Below are positions 11,001 through 20,098 of a stretch of 64,000 nt of DNA, piece by piece. Source of the stretch: a virus (Duplodnaviria > Caudoviricetes). Made by a program: the position numbers and the translations under genes. Under the pieces are notes generated by a model. The model was given only the letters and a program-made list of their open reading frames with translations, was not told the origin of the DNA and did no database searches. How positions within the stretch are numbered: position 1 is the first letter of the stretch; each line of letters begins with the position of its first letter. The stretch is from the IMG/VR virus record IMGVR_UViG_3300028603_000021, positions 126,019 through 190,018 of that record, one strand, 5' to 3'.

Positions 11001-11866
11001 TCCCCGTCTTCTCCTACTGGGGCGGGGTTTATCTTCGCCTCACGCGGATCTTCGCCGCCCTTCAGTTCTTTTACCTTATCTTCAAGAGCATCTTTCAGCT
11101 TCTCTTTGACGCCCTTAAACAGCTCTGACAGCTTTGTATGAGCAAACGAAGTGCGGTAAGAGTACTTCCCACCCTTGTCTGGAGCCATCTGTTGGGTACT
11201 GTAGTCTGCGCCCTCTTCGAATCGCTCTGGTGCGTATGCTTCTTCGTCTAGGCCTGGTGACCAGCGTGCTTCTCCCACCTTGTACATGAGACGCCGGGCT
11301 GCCCTGTCTTTCGCAACCCTGTCAAGCTCTTCTTGGTCTTGAGACTGGGCTTCATACGGGTTCTCTTCGATCACCCAGACGGCATCTTCTTTGTCTATGT
11401 TTGCGTTAAGCCACTGACCACCTATGCGATACGCACCGGTTTCGGTATTCACGGCTGTATACCCGTGCGGCACACGAGAAACTATACGCTCACCCTTGTC
11501 GTTCAGCGTAACATAGTCGTCGAGCGAGCCGCCTCTCATGTCAGCCGCTTTCATAGTGTCTATCATAGATTTGTGCACCTCTTCATGTAGCTCGGTCTTA
11601 TATCCTCTCCAGGCTAGTATGTCAGGTATAGCCATGAAATAGTATACACTGTCTCTAGGGATATACGTAACTCCGTCAGAGGAGTAACCCTTTGTGTTCT
11701 CACCAGGGGCAAGCATAAAAACACCGTCACCTAGTATCAAGTCTAGGTGCCTCTTAAGCTTGACGTTGTTAGAGGACACGAAGAATGTCTGCTCGCTCTG
11801 CACCCATATGATGTCAGCGGCGCTGGTATCCTCAGAGTCGTTGATAAGTGTTACTCTGTAGTACAT
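8069..11866 (-). CDS. Large protein with SWI2/SNF2-like SF2 helicase module
   Basis: HGSYGIGKT (I), VVAPK (Ia), IDESG (II), LTGD (III), TTAAKFGFSL (V), WNP...QMSGRFHR (VI). Confidence 0.75.
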   Translation of the reverse strand: MYYRVTLINDSEDTSAADIIWVQSEQTFFVSSNNVKLKRHLDLILGDGVFMLAPGENTKGYSSDGVTYIPRDSVYYFMAIPDILAWRGYKTELHEEVHKSMIDTMKAADMRGGSLDDYVTLNDKGERIVSRVPHGYTAVNTETGAYRIGGQWLNANIDKEDAVWVIEENPYEAQSQDQEELDRVAKDRAARRLMYKVGEARWSPGLDEEAYAPERFEEGADYSTQQMAPDKGGKYSYRTSFAHTKLSELFKGVKEKLKDALEDKVKELKGGEDPREAKINPAPVGEDGEPMSGVIFSKGLGLAFDTSIYDEAVAELKKAYPNFVNADWHIVPNPKGRPFTDEEKTLQNPTNSERANPVYIQGTTEGLVRVIVPDEYEEDWYTLPIDLVEKGDVVSLNPRDPVPPFPAVLDAQEQAKRDEISAGRGEALRNITVTSPITQRPTYSPEKAAAIHVEGLYTPGDKMPPSGMRIFASFKGREYQRYVLSQITDLKAYEIGGGPRGVHGAFLHGSYGIGKTLMSCAWYAIMSSKKNPRDDKKMLIDPGKQAMFVVAPKMNTDSFADEYKKFTKQSAMVITGDRQSRLEKWKQLIDMANRGEMPGAVILPASLYRMEVNSDDREYAIDAKMLQLMIRGGSYAGNKVEGKHVGGMVIDESGQYVNVGTNRREVFNEILDDLYMSNALTLTLTGDAMGNSATDTISQAAFIDAGVRQNQEGLRESLTVLMRPTIRPKRNSPRVWRDAFSPAKLVRRIGSAITTIDSKYVAGDKYGMVYTDPVVQPMGATWGELHDIAVSKLLNIFNKEATGRANDTVKARALAFVSILMNMSYGATSAPRLLDYDIGYDSLISGLVSPEYGYTAEEIKAVQAGIGDYLRRTTEMVHVVGGSPSEVRLPRMGMDTKTRDEIFIEELNKHSSTPHFGSRVMRDLNHVVGSWHVPALDYIKTSIESEFGGGVRPNGKNKKIGVAGFSRVAIDKLHDELKAKYGNNVLVQVINGDTTPKEARAIEKAHEAEKDRHVITLVTTAAKFGFSLPADVSYRTPMWNPASGEQMSGRFHRDPFQLHISTEVLSSGASEYMKSSSEEKAEARRTLISRMIGSQEFLKAVEDGKPIDIAEVLAELSKDNDSEEGLISPNAAMEEVDGLMDYLRTKKTDKLKREHSDFTPQEKEEFKLGQRQAKEKAYGPVKERDRIIAAAEKLEKQLAEQAKRAAKKKPVRQSPPQPTAAVAARETEPKTRAKKSVVVHKKLFDVPTLTRNPLYEEWRRRNGNS

Positions 11867-11867
11867 C

Positions 11868-12779
11868 TTATATCCCCATGTTACTCATGATTATATTGGT
11901 CATAGCCCTGAACTTTTCTGGAAAAGCGGTTTCAAGGTAATCCGGGTTGTTAAACCGCAGAGCGAACGTCTCTGCGAAATCATCGCTGGGAGACGCTTTG
12001 GCTAGCTGGCTTACCGGCGTAGCGTGGTTAGCCCTCTTCCATGTCCTGGATGTTGGCGTTCCCAAGTAGCTAGCCCAACCTCCGCTGCCCTTCTTGCTCC
12101 AGACATCCTTGCCCAGGACATCACCCAGCTGAGAAACTTGCCCGTCAGCAGAGAGCTTAGCGAAGAGCAAGTGCCCAACTGCGTGGAACACAGAATAAGT
12201 AGCAACACTGATACCGCTAGCCTTTCCTTCTACCTTGGGAAGAAGTGGAGTATGTATGTAGCGGAAGAAATCTGGGTATACCTCAAGCTCGCCCCTGAAC
12301 TTACGCCCAGCAAACGAATACTTAGCTGCTATTATAGTATATCCGAACTTGTTGGTATCGTCTCTTGGAACGTTCCTTATGGCAGATAGTCCTGCGTTGA
12401 CAGGCAGCCTGCCCATGTTCTTCAGAGCAGAAAGCAGTATCGCGCTAGAGTACTTGGGTATGTTGTAGATTTCGTACCCAGCTACTGCCAGATCCATCTC
12501 GGGGTTCCACTCGTGGAGCTTTTCGTTAGAGATATCGCCTTTTTCATCGTAGATGGGCAGGTCGCTCGGCAGTACTCCGGCTTCCTTGGCTCCGTGTAAG
12601 CTGTCTTGCGTGAGGGCGTCTATGCTTGGCGCAAACTGTCCAGCCTTGTACGGAATGGCATTAGTGGGGTTAAGGTCTCCTGGCATGACGGGAGACTCTG
12701 GGTCACCAACGCGAACATGCTGAGCACCGTCGTTCCAGTTCTCGTCGCTTGTCATTGAATCCCAGTCACTCATGTCCAA
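11868..12779 (-). CDS. Zincin-like metallopeptidase-fold protein with degenerate motif
   Basis: HAVGH in place of HExxH, followed by SPSDDFAETF and NPDYL...PEKF. Confidence 0.5.
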   Translation of the reverse strand: MDMSDWDSMTSDENWNDGAQHVRVGDPESPVMPGDLNPTNAIPYKAGQFAPSIDALTQDSLHGAKEAGVLPSDLPIYDEKGDISNEKLHEWNPEMDLAVAGYEIYNIPKYSSAILLSALKNMGRLPVNAGLSAIRNVPRDDTNKFGYTIIAAKYSFAGRKFRGELEVYPDFFRYIHTPLLPKVEGKASGISVATYSVFHAVGHLLFAKLSADGQVSQLGDVLGKDVWSKKGSGGWASYLGTPTSRTWKRANHATPVSQLAKASPSDDFAETFALRFNNPDYLETAFPEKFRAMTNIIMSNMGI

Positions 12780-13101
12780 ACCCCGATACCACGTCGAATA
12801 TAACCTTCTCTTCGCGTGGTGTTATCTTTCCTATGTTGCGAAACTTATTACCTAGGTATGTAGCGAGCGAGTGGGCGTCGTCGTCGTCCCATGTTCTCAT
12901 CTTGTTGAACCCCAACACCGGAAACGACACGTTGTTAGAGTTACTCTCTACCAAGCTGACTAGATCAACCGGGTAAGGCTGTTCTGAAAACGCAGTCTCC
13001 GGCGACAGGGCGTATGTAACCTCACCGTCAGACACTAAGACAGACTTCAGACGGAAGACGTTATCCTCGTCATAGTACGAAAGGGTGTTAACCCAAAGCA
13101 T
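12766..13101 (-). CDS. Hypothetical protein
   Basis: Overlapping gene in the operon. Confidence 0.55.
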   Translation of the reverse strand: MLWVNTLSYYDEDNVFRLKSVLVSDGEVTYALSPETAFSEQPYPVDLVSLVESNSNNVSFPVLGFNKMRTWDDDDAHSLATYLGNKFRNIGKITPREEKVIFDVVSGFGHE

Positions 13102-14566
13102 GAAGCACCTCGTCTCTGGCTTTCAAGAACGCCACGTGTACACTTTCCATCTCAAGACCATAGTTAGAAGAATCTAGAGCAAGCCCTGACAACCTGTCTC
13201 TGTAGCCAGCGCTGGTAAACTTTGCCAGAGCGCCTAAGTTCTTCTCTACGAAGCTCCGAGAAAATCCGTTTTTCATACACAGCTCGAAAAATTCCGCCGA
13301 GTTCTCTGGTATAGCGTCAGATGTAACCCTGCCTTGCTCCGTGAAGACATCAGAAGATGCATACACAAAGAACTTACCGCCTACAGAATCAAACCCGAAC
13401 GAAGCCAAAGTAAGGTTCCTCCCTAGAAGCATAACCTCTGTCAGAAGTATCTCAGCGAAAGAAGACCTTGCACTCTCGTAGTACGATTTAGTCACAGAGC
13501 CGCTCCTGTAGGCAGAATCAACTCTCCTTAGTACATCGTAAAGCTCTGTGAAGCTCATTCTTACAGTGTCGGTAGTCCAGAACTCGGTAGCTAGCGCGAT
13601 AACGTAGCCAAGCTCCCCGACTTCTAGAACGACCTGCGGGATAACCTTACCCCTGTAGACCTTGGAGCGCAGGTCTGAAGCCATCACACCAAGCAGGCTA
13701 GAGTTCACTAAGTGGGTTTCGTTCAGGTCAGATGCAACTGGAGTGAGAAGCATAGACTCGTTCTTGCTCTCGATGACGACCTTACTCAAGGTTGGGTAGA
13801 ATATCTGGTTTCCAAGACGGAAGTCCTTGTCGTACAGGTCTTCTAGTGTCATACCAACGTCTAGAACCTTGTACTTACCAGATTTTTTGAGGAGAAACCT
13901 GAAGGCGTTGTAGTTAAGCAGGTACCCAGCAAGGTCACGGCTGCTTGTCTCTCCCAAGAGTAAGTCCAGCTGCCCCATGCTCGCAAGAGAATCAGCATCG
14001 AAGCCAGCCTTCTTAGCTAGGGCTGATACCTTAGACGCTACGCCGTCCGATAAGAATAGATGAGCAGTAGCTGGGGTGAACACCAAGGTGCTTGCTTCCT
14101 CAGAAATATCAGAGCTTCCTGTGACGTTCAGCAGCTTCTCAAAGGCATCGTTGAGGAGCCAGTACTCATCCCCCTCTTTGGCTACGTGCCAGCCGCGCAT
14201 GAGATAGTTCTCAGCAGCGGATACCATCTCCCTGTCGGAGTGGAACATATCCCCAGACTTAACCCGGAGGAACTGAAAGATACCTTGGTGCTCCTTGTTG
14301 CCGAAGATGGTATCAAAGATGTATTCCTTATATTTAGACGCCTCTGTCAGGGTCATATTGTTACGAACGACATAGACATGAAGGTACCTGTCTAGCCCGT
14401 CTCTGTATTTCTCCAGAAACTCATCGTTGACCTCTGTAGGGAGGTCAGCTAAACGTATCACGTCACCGAGAGCTAAGTTCTTCCCGGTTATTTTTTTCCT
14501 GCGGGGTTTCGGTGCAGGCGCTGGTTTCTTATCTCCCAGCAGTCTGTCAAAGTTTATGTTCAACAT
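13088..14566 (-). CDS. Hypothetical protein (possible degenerate HipA/PI3K-like fold at C-terminus)
   Basis: 492 aa ORF with TG-G-TATAAT 8 nt upstream of the ATG; kinase resemblance is weak. Confidence 0.5.
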   Translation of the reverse strand: MLNINFDRLLGDKKPAPAPKPRRKKITGKNLALGDVIRLADLPTEVNDEFLEKYRDGLDRYLHVYVVRNNMTLTEASKYKEYIFDTIFGNKEHQGIFQFLRVKSGDMFHSDREMVSAAENYLMRGWHVAKEGDEYWLLNDAFEKLLNVTGSSDISEEASTLVFTPATAHLFLSDGVASKVSALAKKAGFDADSLASMGQLDLLLGETSSRDLAGYLLNYNAFRFLLKKSGKYKVLDVGMTLEDLYDKDFRLGNQIFYPTLSKVVIESKNESMLLTPVASDLNETHLVNSSLLGVMASDLRSKVYRGKVIPQVVLEVGELGYVIALATEFWTTDTVRMSFTELYDVLRRVDSAYRSGSVTKSYYESARSSFAEILLTEVMLLGRNLTLASFGFDSVGGKFFVYASSDVFTEQGRVTSDAIPENSAEFFELCMKNGFSRSFVEKNLGALAKFTSAGYRDRLSGLALDSSNYGLEMESVHVAFLKARDEVLHALG

Positions 14567-14653
14567 GTTCCTGCATTATACCACACTCCAGAAAAAAGTG
14601 CTCAAAGAAAAACATCCGAACAGGCGTCCGGATGTAATATTATGTCTGACAAG

Positions 14654-15511
14654 TTACCTACGTAGCTTGTTTCCGAAAGCTCCAACTGGGTCACTCTTGA
14701 TCTTCTCGCGCACGATGTGCGTGTAACGCAGACCACGGTCTTTCTTCTCGTGGAATGTCATGGCATCTACATAGTATCTGCTTGGGTCGGGATTATCCCA
14801 GTTACGAGCCTCTCCGAGAGACTTGAAAACCTCGGGAAGATCTTCGTCGTCCTCTTCTTCGTCGTCTGTCTCTTCCTCGTCCTCTGTGGCTGCTTTCTTG
14901 GTCACAGTAGGGGATGATTCATCCCCCGCGACAACCTCAACCTTCTTGTCTTCAAGGTCTGCTTCCGGGGCGGATTCGTTCTGTTCTGCTGCCTCAGCCT
15001 CTTCGTCAGAGATAGCGACAGGGGTGCGCGGCTCTTCACCATGGGTGTTGTTCTCAGGCACGGATGGGATTCCAAGGGACTTCAGGATTCCGTTGAAAGA
15101 TGACAAGAAGCTGTCTAGCTCAGGTGGTGCTTTGACCTTAGAAGTAGACTTGAAGGTTTCAAGACCACGCTCAAAGGCTTCCTTCATGAAGTCGTTGACA
15201 CAGCTATGCCACTTATCGGTCAAGCAAAGCCCGTAGTTGTCAACCTCCACATACCCAGCCTTGATAAACTCAGAAACCAAGTCTCCAAACTCACCAGAAG
15301 AGATAGCCTCTATCACTGGAGTCAGGTCTTCTTGGATGACCACGTGGTTAGAAAAGCCCGTTGGGTCAACTGTATAGGCAACATCGGGGAATGTCTTGAG
15401 CACGTCAGTACCCATAACCTCTGCATCCGGGAACTGGTGCTTCATCGTTTTAAGCCAGTCGTTCGCTCCAGTCTTGGTGCGCAGGCTTTTAAGTACTGTT
15501 ACTCTTACCAT
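14654..15511 (-). CDS. Acidic putative head/scaffold-associated protein
   Basis: D/E-rich with repeated VLKS/ILKS/VFKS motifs; GGAG RBS. Confidence 0.5.
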   Translation of the reverse strand: MVRVTVLKSLRTKTGANDWLKTMKHQFPDAEVMGTDVLKTFPDVAYTVDPTGFSNHVVIQEDLTPVIEAISSGEFGDLVSEFIKAGYVEVDNYGLCLTDKWHSCVNDFMKEAFERGLETFKSTSKVKAPPELDSFLSSFNGILKSLGIPSVPENNTHGEEPRTPVAISDEEAEAAEQNESAPEADLEDKKVEVVAGDESSPTVTKKAATEDEEETDDEEEDDEDLPEVFKSLGEARNWDNPDPSRYYVDAMTFHEKKDRGLRYTHIVREKIKSDPVGAFGNKLRR

Positions 15512-15531
15512 TTTTTCTCTCCTTAGTTAGT

Positions 15532-16098
15532 TTATGATGGTGAGGTGAGTGGCCACAGTGTGTTATGGTCTATGAGAAAACCATCTATCAGAAACGTCCT
15601 AGCTTTAAGCGTTACAGTTGTGTTGCTTCCTGGTACCCCAGACAGTGTTACTGCAATCACATCTCCCGTTGTTTCGTTGTGAACTATCTCGACTGACACA
15701 ACCTCTACAGCGGCATCCCCTTGTGGGATATCCAAGGTCACCACTCTCTCCGGGAACTTTACCTTACCGTTGTCGTGGTTTACCTTATACCACGTTAACG
15801 GAAGGTTGGGGTCTTGCTGGGCATCTCCTGGAACGAAGAACGTGACTACTGTAGCCACATCGTTAGCGGTGCTGATCATATCCTCATACGGTACTTCCCA
15901 CTCAAGTACCTTAGCCCCAGACCCCGTTCTGAAGTAGTACTGCCCCGTTCTTCCATCCATTACGATAGCGTGGTCATAGCCCTCTGGCATAGTAGCCCAC
16001 GTTAACGGCACGTTAAAAACACCGGTGTCTTCGTTATAGAACAAAACTTGTTCGGTGGCAGAGTCAAAACCAGTAGTCTTGGGTTCTATCAGAAACAT
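15532..16098 (-). CDS. Hypothetical virion protein
   Basis: Beta-rich 188 aa ORF in the structural operon. Confidence 0.45.
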   Translation of the reverse strand: MFLIEPKTTGFDSATEQVLFYNEDTGVFNVPLTWATMPEGYDHAIVMDGRTGQYYFRTGSGAKVLEWEVPYEDMISTANDVATVVTFFVPGDAQQDPNLPLTWYKVNHDNGKVKFPERVVTLDIPQGDAAVEVVSVEIVHNETTGDVIAVTLSGVPGSNTTVTLKARTFLIDGFLIDHNTLWPLTSPS

Positions 16099-16100
16099 AC

Positions 16101-16820
16101 TTACTTCTCTCCCTGTAGGCGGTTATACGAGTTTCTGCCTACGGCGTATTCTCCGCCCCACTCGTAGCCGGTTTTAGGGCTCGCATGAGTAGTGGCGTAT
16201 TCTGTCTTAGAAGTATACCCAGCAGAGAACAGCCCTTGTGGGTCTGAGGCGATAGCGACCTCCCCGTTGATGTCCTGGGTTTTTTTAGAGTACCCGTTGC
16301 TCACAGCGCGAGCATGAAGCTCTCCATCGTAGAATTCATTAGGATGTAGGTATGCTACCTTCTCGCCGTCTTCTACAAAGGTCTGTACCGGTTTAGTCTT
16401 ACCGTCGCGGCTACCCCAGGAGTTTTTCTCCGCCCAGGCATCACCTACGACAGACCTAGCAAGGAAATCAGTATTATCGTCTGATTCCCCCATGGGGAAG
16501 GTAGATATCTCTTCCCCTACGTTGACATACTTCCAGAACTTTATGGCCTCTTGGAGTTTATACGCATTTTCTACAGAATATGCAGGCGCATTACCCGTAC
16601 CGTAGTACTCGTTCCATGCATCCTTGTAAGTCCCGTTAGTATAATTTGCGAGCAGGTCATAAGCTTCTTTGCTGTTGACATCGAATTCCGCAACAGGGGT
16701 GTACTGGTCACGGTAGGCATTCGTCGATGTGTCCTGGGTTATCTCAGTATCCGGCCTAGGGCTGGGTACGTCTTCGCCAGAATACCCGCTAGGGAATGGA
16801 TATTTCAGTGGATCTGCCAT
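16101..16820 (-). CDS. Hypothetical virion protein
   Basis: AGGAG RBS with TATAAT upstream; 239 aa. Confidence 0.5.
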   Translation of the reverse strand: MADPLKYPFPSGYSGEDVPSPRPDTEITQDTSTNAYRDQYTPVAEFDVNSKEAYDLLANYTNGTYKDAWNEYYGTGNAPAYSVENAYKLQEAIKFWKYVNVGEEISTFPMGESDDNTDFLARSVVGDAWAEKNSWGSRDGKTKPVQTFVEDGEKVAYLHPNEFYDGELHARAVSNGYSKKTQDINGEVAIASDPQGLFSAGYTSKTEYATTHASPKTGYEWGGEYAVGRNSYNRLQGEK

Positions 16821-16871
16821 GTTAGTTTACTCCTGTGTTTGATTATACAAGGAAATGTCTGAAGAATACCG

Positions 16872-19502
16872 TCACTCTATGTCCGGGAGTGGTGCTGCAT
16901 CTGTTCCAAGTCCCCTGTTAGGCACCCATATCTGGTTATGATTCCACCAACGCATGAGCAAGTTCAACGCTTCTTCACTAGCTCCAGGGTTGGTACCACC
17001 TGTTCCAGAACCGATAGCAGTGCTGCCCGGCAGTAGGCTGAAGTCGCCGCTAGAAGGGCTAGCAAACTTAACGCCGTTATATGTCAGTCCAAGCTGCCAC
17101 GAGTTGTTGCTCTGTACGTTCGGAGTCGCTTGTTGAGTGTCTCCCTCTCTGTTGTTCAGGGATATGTTGTTATACGCCTCTGCGGTGGCTTCCGTGAATC
17201 TGAAAGCAAATCCGATACGTGATAATACGGATGTGTTGTACCTAGTCACGGTGTTGGGGGCACCGTTGTAGTTTACACCATTGTTGAATGCGTGAACTGT
17301 TATCGAGCCAGCAAGTTCATTATAGCCCGGGGTTTCCCCACCAAGCTTGAAGCCGTTGCCGTCAGTACCTTGGTTTGATCCGTCATAGAAGTACCCGCTC
17401 GCAAGTGCGACACAATCTATTATGCGGCTGTTTCTAGCACGGTAGAAATCAATACCGTCGTCTACGCAGTTAGCGTTCATGCTCCTAACTATATCACAGT
17501 AAGTCGTTACCCTGCCAGTATTAGGTGCGGCAGTAACCACAATACCGTCTGGAGCATTAGTAGAGCCACCAACCCCAGGGGCTCCGAGCCACCAAGTAGC
17601 ACAATCCTGGATGAGTATGCGGTTACCTTCATAGATCATGAAGCCTGTACCGTACTCATTTGTTGCGCTGTGATGAATCCAGATGTCTTCTAGCTTCATG
17701 TCGTCACACCGGCTCAAGCGTAACCCATAGTCTGCTCCGTTGATTATCTCAAAGCCCTTTATGTGCAGATGAGCACTGTCTTCCATAAAAGCTGTTATAT
17801 TCGACCCGCCTCCGTTCAGCAGTGGGCGTTCGGTACCATAGCCAAAGAGCTTCACGTCTGATGTCCACTTCTTGGACAGGTAAAATGCCGGATATGTCCC
17901 AGCACGCACAAGTATTGTCTGTCCGTTCTGGGCTACTGATAGCGCTTTTGTTATGGTTCTGAAAGGAGCAGAGAACGAACCCGCAGCGCTGTCGCTACCG
18001 TTCGTGGCTACATACCAATTTCCAGTTGTCACAGCTCCGGTTTTGGGAAAATTAACCCTGCTTGTACTCGCACTACCCACACCAGCAATATATCTGGTTA
18101 CTGGCTGTGGGCTCTCTTCTGCCACAGCTACATTGGCGTTAAGGCTGTTCCTTCCGTTCGCCCACAGACCAACATTAGCTAAACGAACAGAGTATCTTAT
18201 GTCCGATGCGAGGCTTGGAGCAGCATCCGGCATGGAGAGGTGCATAGCATAACTTCCAGAAGCCATGTCAGATGGTATTGTTGCTGTATAGTTCAGCTCT
18301 CTGGTTTCTCCTCCGAGAGGTAGATCCTTGCGTGCGTCGGCAGTCAATCGGATAGTACGGGTACTTGATCCTATAAACACAATATCTATAGGTTGCTGCT
18401 TGTACATCTTACCAAAGCCGTCGTTACGTAAGTTCAGCTTGACAGAGAACGGTTGTCCTTTAGTCACAGAGTTTGGTAGGGTTGCATTGAGCAGAACAAA
18501 ACGATATCCAAGCCTGCGAGAGATTTCATTGAAATGACCGCTGTTCCTCCACCCCTGTACAACAGTAGCACTATACTCGTAGTTGAGCACATCCCAATGG
18601 AACTGTTCCATCTCCGCAACTGATAACGCGCCAGCTATGCGGTTACCCTCTGTCCAGCTAGAATCACACGTTTCACCGCTGGTTGCGCTGTAGGCACTTA
18701 CGTTCGCCCACCATGTTTTCTTAGCGTCGGCGTCTGTCCCGGCACCGTATGAGTAGTTAGGTGGCCAACGACTTTCGATATATGTTCCAGAATCCGTGGC
18801 ATTGGCAAGAAAACAGTCGTTAAGTATTCCAAGCCTTGCTGCTGCGGAACCACTGAAATAATCATTTGACCCAAGAACCAATCTGCTTCCCAAGTACTGC
18901 TCCATAAGCTCAGGGTAACGCAAAAGAACAGGCACACTTTCTGGCATGTTTGACAGCAAAGCGCTTATGATGTTATTCCTTGCAGTAGGATCAAGGTTAT
19001 CCACTAACCCGTTAGTGCCTCGGTTCCACTCTCCCCACGCTCCGACGAACCCTGCTTGTAACGCATCTATGACATCTGCGTTAGACTGCCAAACAGGAGC
19101 CAACTGCCCTATGTGTTGTATGATACGAGATTCGCTTGCATCTTGACCCGTTTCCGTGTAGTTGTACGCATAACGAAGCTGAAGTTTGATACCAGCAGAC
19201 CTAGCCGCTGAAAACAACTCACCGTGAGAGTTCAACCAGCTAGTTGAAATAGCAGAGTTACGGAACTCATCTATACGGACAAGTGCGCGTGTAAGTGTGG
19301 CCGGGGTGGATGCGACTCGTACCCCGTTAAAATCTCCCGAGTATGACTTGGCAGCGTGCCACCCCCTGCTAGGATTCAAAAAATCCGTCGTAGTGTCTGC
19401 GGTATATGCTACTGTTTGCACATCTCCAGAAGGTGGGGTGGGAACACTAGTCCCCACAAACTTAACGTGCCCTCTGCGCTTGTACGCTAGTAAGTTGCTC
19501 AT
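16872..19502 (-). CDS. Putative depolymerase: DUF4874/DUF4832-like glycosidase-type module plus right-handed beta-helix (pectate-lyase-like)
   Basis: LQAGFVGAWGEW, ILNDCFLA, GETC, RRLGYRFVL; then WYVATNGSD..GSFSAPFRTI and DDGIDF...DGNGFKLGG. Confidence 0.7.
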   Translation of the reverse strand: MSNLLAYKRRGHVKFVGTSVPTPPSGDVQTVAYTADTTTDFLNPSRGWHAAKSYSGDFNGVRVASTPATLTRALVRIDEFRNSAISTSWLNSHGELFSAARSAGIKLQLRYAYNYTETGQDASESRIIQHIGQLAPVWQSNADVIDALQAGFVGAWGEWNRGTNGLVDNLDPTARNNIISALLSNMPESVPVLLRYPELMEQYLGSRLVLGSNDYFSGSAAARLGILNDCFLANATDSGTYIESRWPPNYSYGAGTDADAKKTWWANVSAYSATSGETCDSSWTEGNRIAGALSVAEMEQFHWDVLNYEYSATVVQGWRNSGHFNEISRRLGYRFVLLNATLPNSVTKGQPFSVKLNLRNDGFGKMYKQQPIDIVFIGSSTRTIRLTADARKDLPLGGETRELNYTATIPSDMASGSYAMHLSMPDAAPSLASDIRYSVRLANVGLWANGRNSLNANVAVAEESPQPVTRYIAGVGSASTSRVNFPKTGAVTTGNWYVATNGSDSAAGSFSAPFRTITKALSVAQNGQTILVRAGTYPAFYLSKKWTSDVKLFGYGTERPLLNGGGSNITAFMEDSAHLHIKGFEIINGADYGLRLSRCDDMKLEDIWIHHSATNEYGTGFMIYEGNRILIQDCATWWLGAPGVGGSTNAPDGIVVTAAPNTGRVTTYCDIVRSMNANCVDDGIDFYRARNSRIIDCVALASGYFYDGSNQGTDGNGFKLGGETPGYNELAGSITVHAFNNGVNYNGAPNTVTRYNTSVLSRIGFAFRFTEATAEAYNNISLNNREGDTQQATPNVQSNNSWQLGLTYNGVKFASPSSGDFSLLPGSTAIGSGTGGTNPGASEEALNLLMRWWNHNQIWVPNRGLGTDAAPLPDIE

Positions 19503-20098
19503 GCTATGTAGGTCACCTCTAAGAGCGGGATGTACTCGGAGCCGATATTATCACCATAGCTGTGGTAGTCAAGGTCAAAGTTGAGCGTTGTGTTACCTTC
19601 AGTGCTAGACTCACAGAAGAACTGGATAGCATTACCGCTAGACCAACCGGGGCGAGACACAACTTCTTGTACGATAGTTTTAAGCTCTGGACTTTGCATA
19701 GCCTCACCGGAAACTGTATTGCTAGCTAGCCATTTTATCTCAGTATTCACATTGCTCTTACGGCTCTGGTGAGCAGAATAAGATGTTATCTGCGAGGAGT
19801 CGTCGGCTTGGTCTGTTCCTACCATCACATACACGTGAGAATCTACATCATATCGGTCACCACGCGAGTACACAGTAAGCTTAGCCGTCTGTATAGTAGC
19901 ACCCTGTGGAATAGTAAGGTTCGTAAACCTAAGGTTGGTATTCATTGCATTTCCTGCTTTACTGAACCAGTACAACGGCTCCGCGCCGCTGCGCCATGTT
20001 GAGAACACCACAGCCGAGGCAGCGTCGTTGTTAGCAGCAACGCGGATAGACAGGTCGATTGGCGTAGCAGCAGACCCTAATCCTAGTAAGACTGGCAT
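19499..20098 (-). CDS. Carbohydrate-binding/adhesin-type domain protein following the fiber gene
   Basis: LRFTNLTIPQGATIQTAKL and SPELKTIVQEVVSRPGWSSGNAI; start reassigned to the TAATG overlap at 20098. Confidence 0.55.
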   Translation of the reverse strand: MPVLLGLGSAATPIDLSIRVAANNDAASAVVFSTWRSGAEPLYWFSKAGNAMNTNLRFTNLTIPQGATIQTAKLTVYSRGDRYDVDSHVYVMVGTDQADDSSQITSYSAHQSRKSNVNTEIKWLASNTVSGEAMQSPELKTIVQEVVSRPGWSSGNAIQFFCESSTEGNTTLNFDLDYHSYGDNIGSEYIPLLEVTYIA

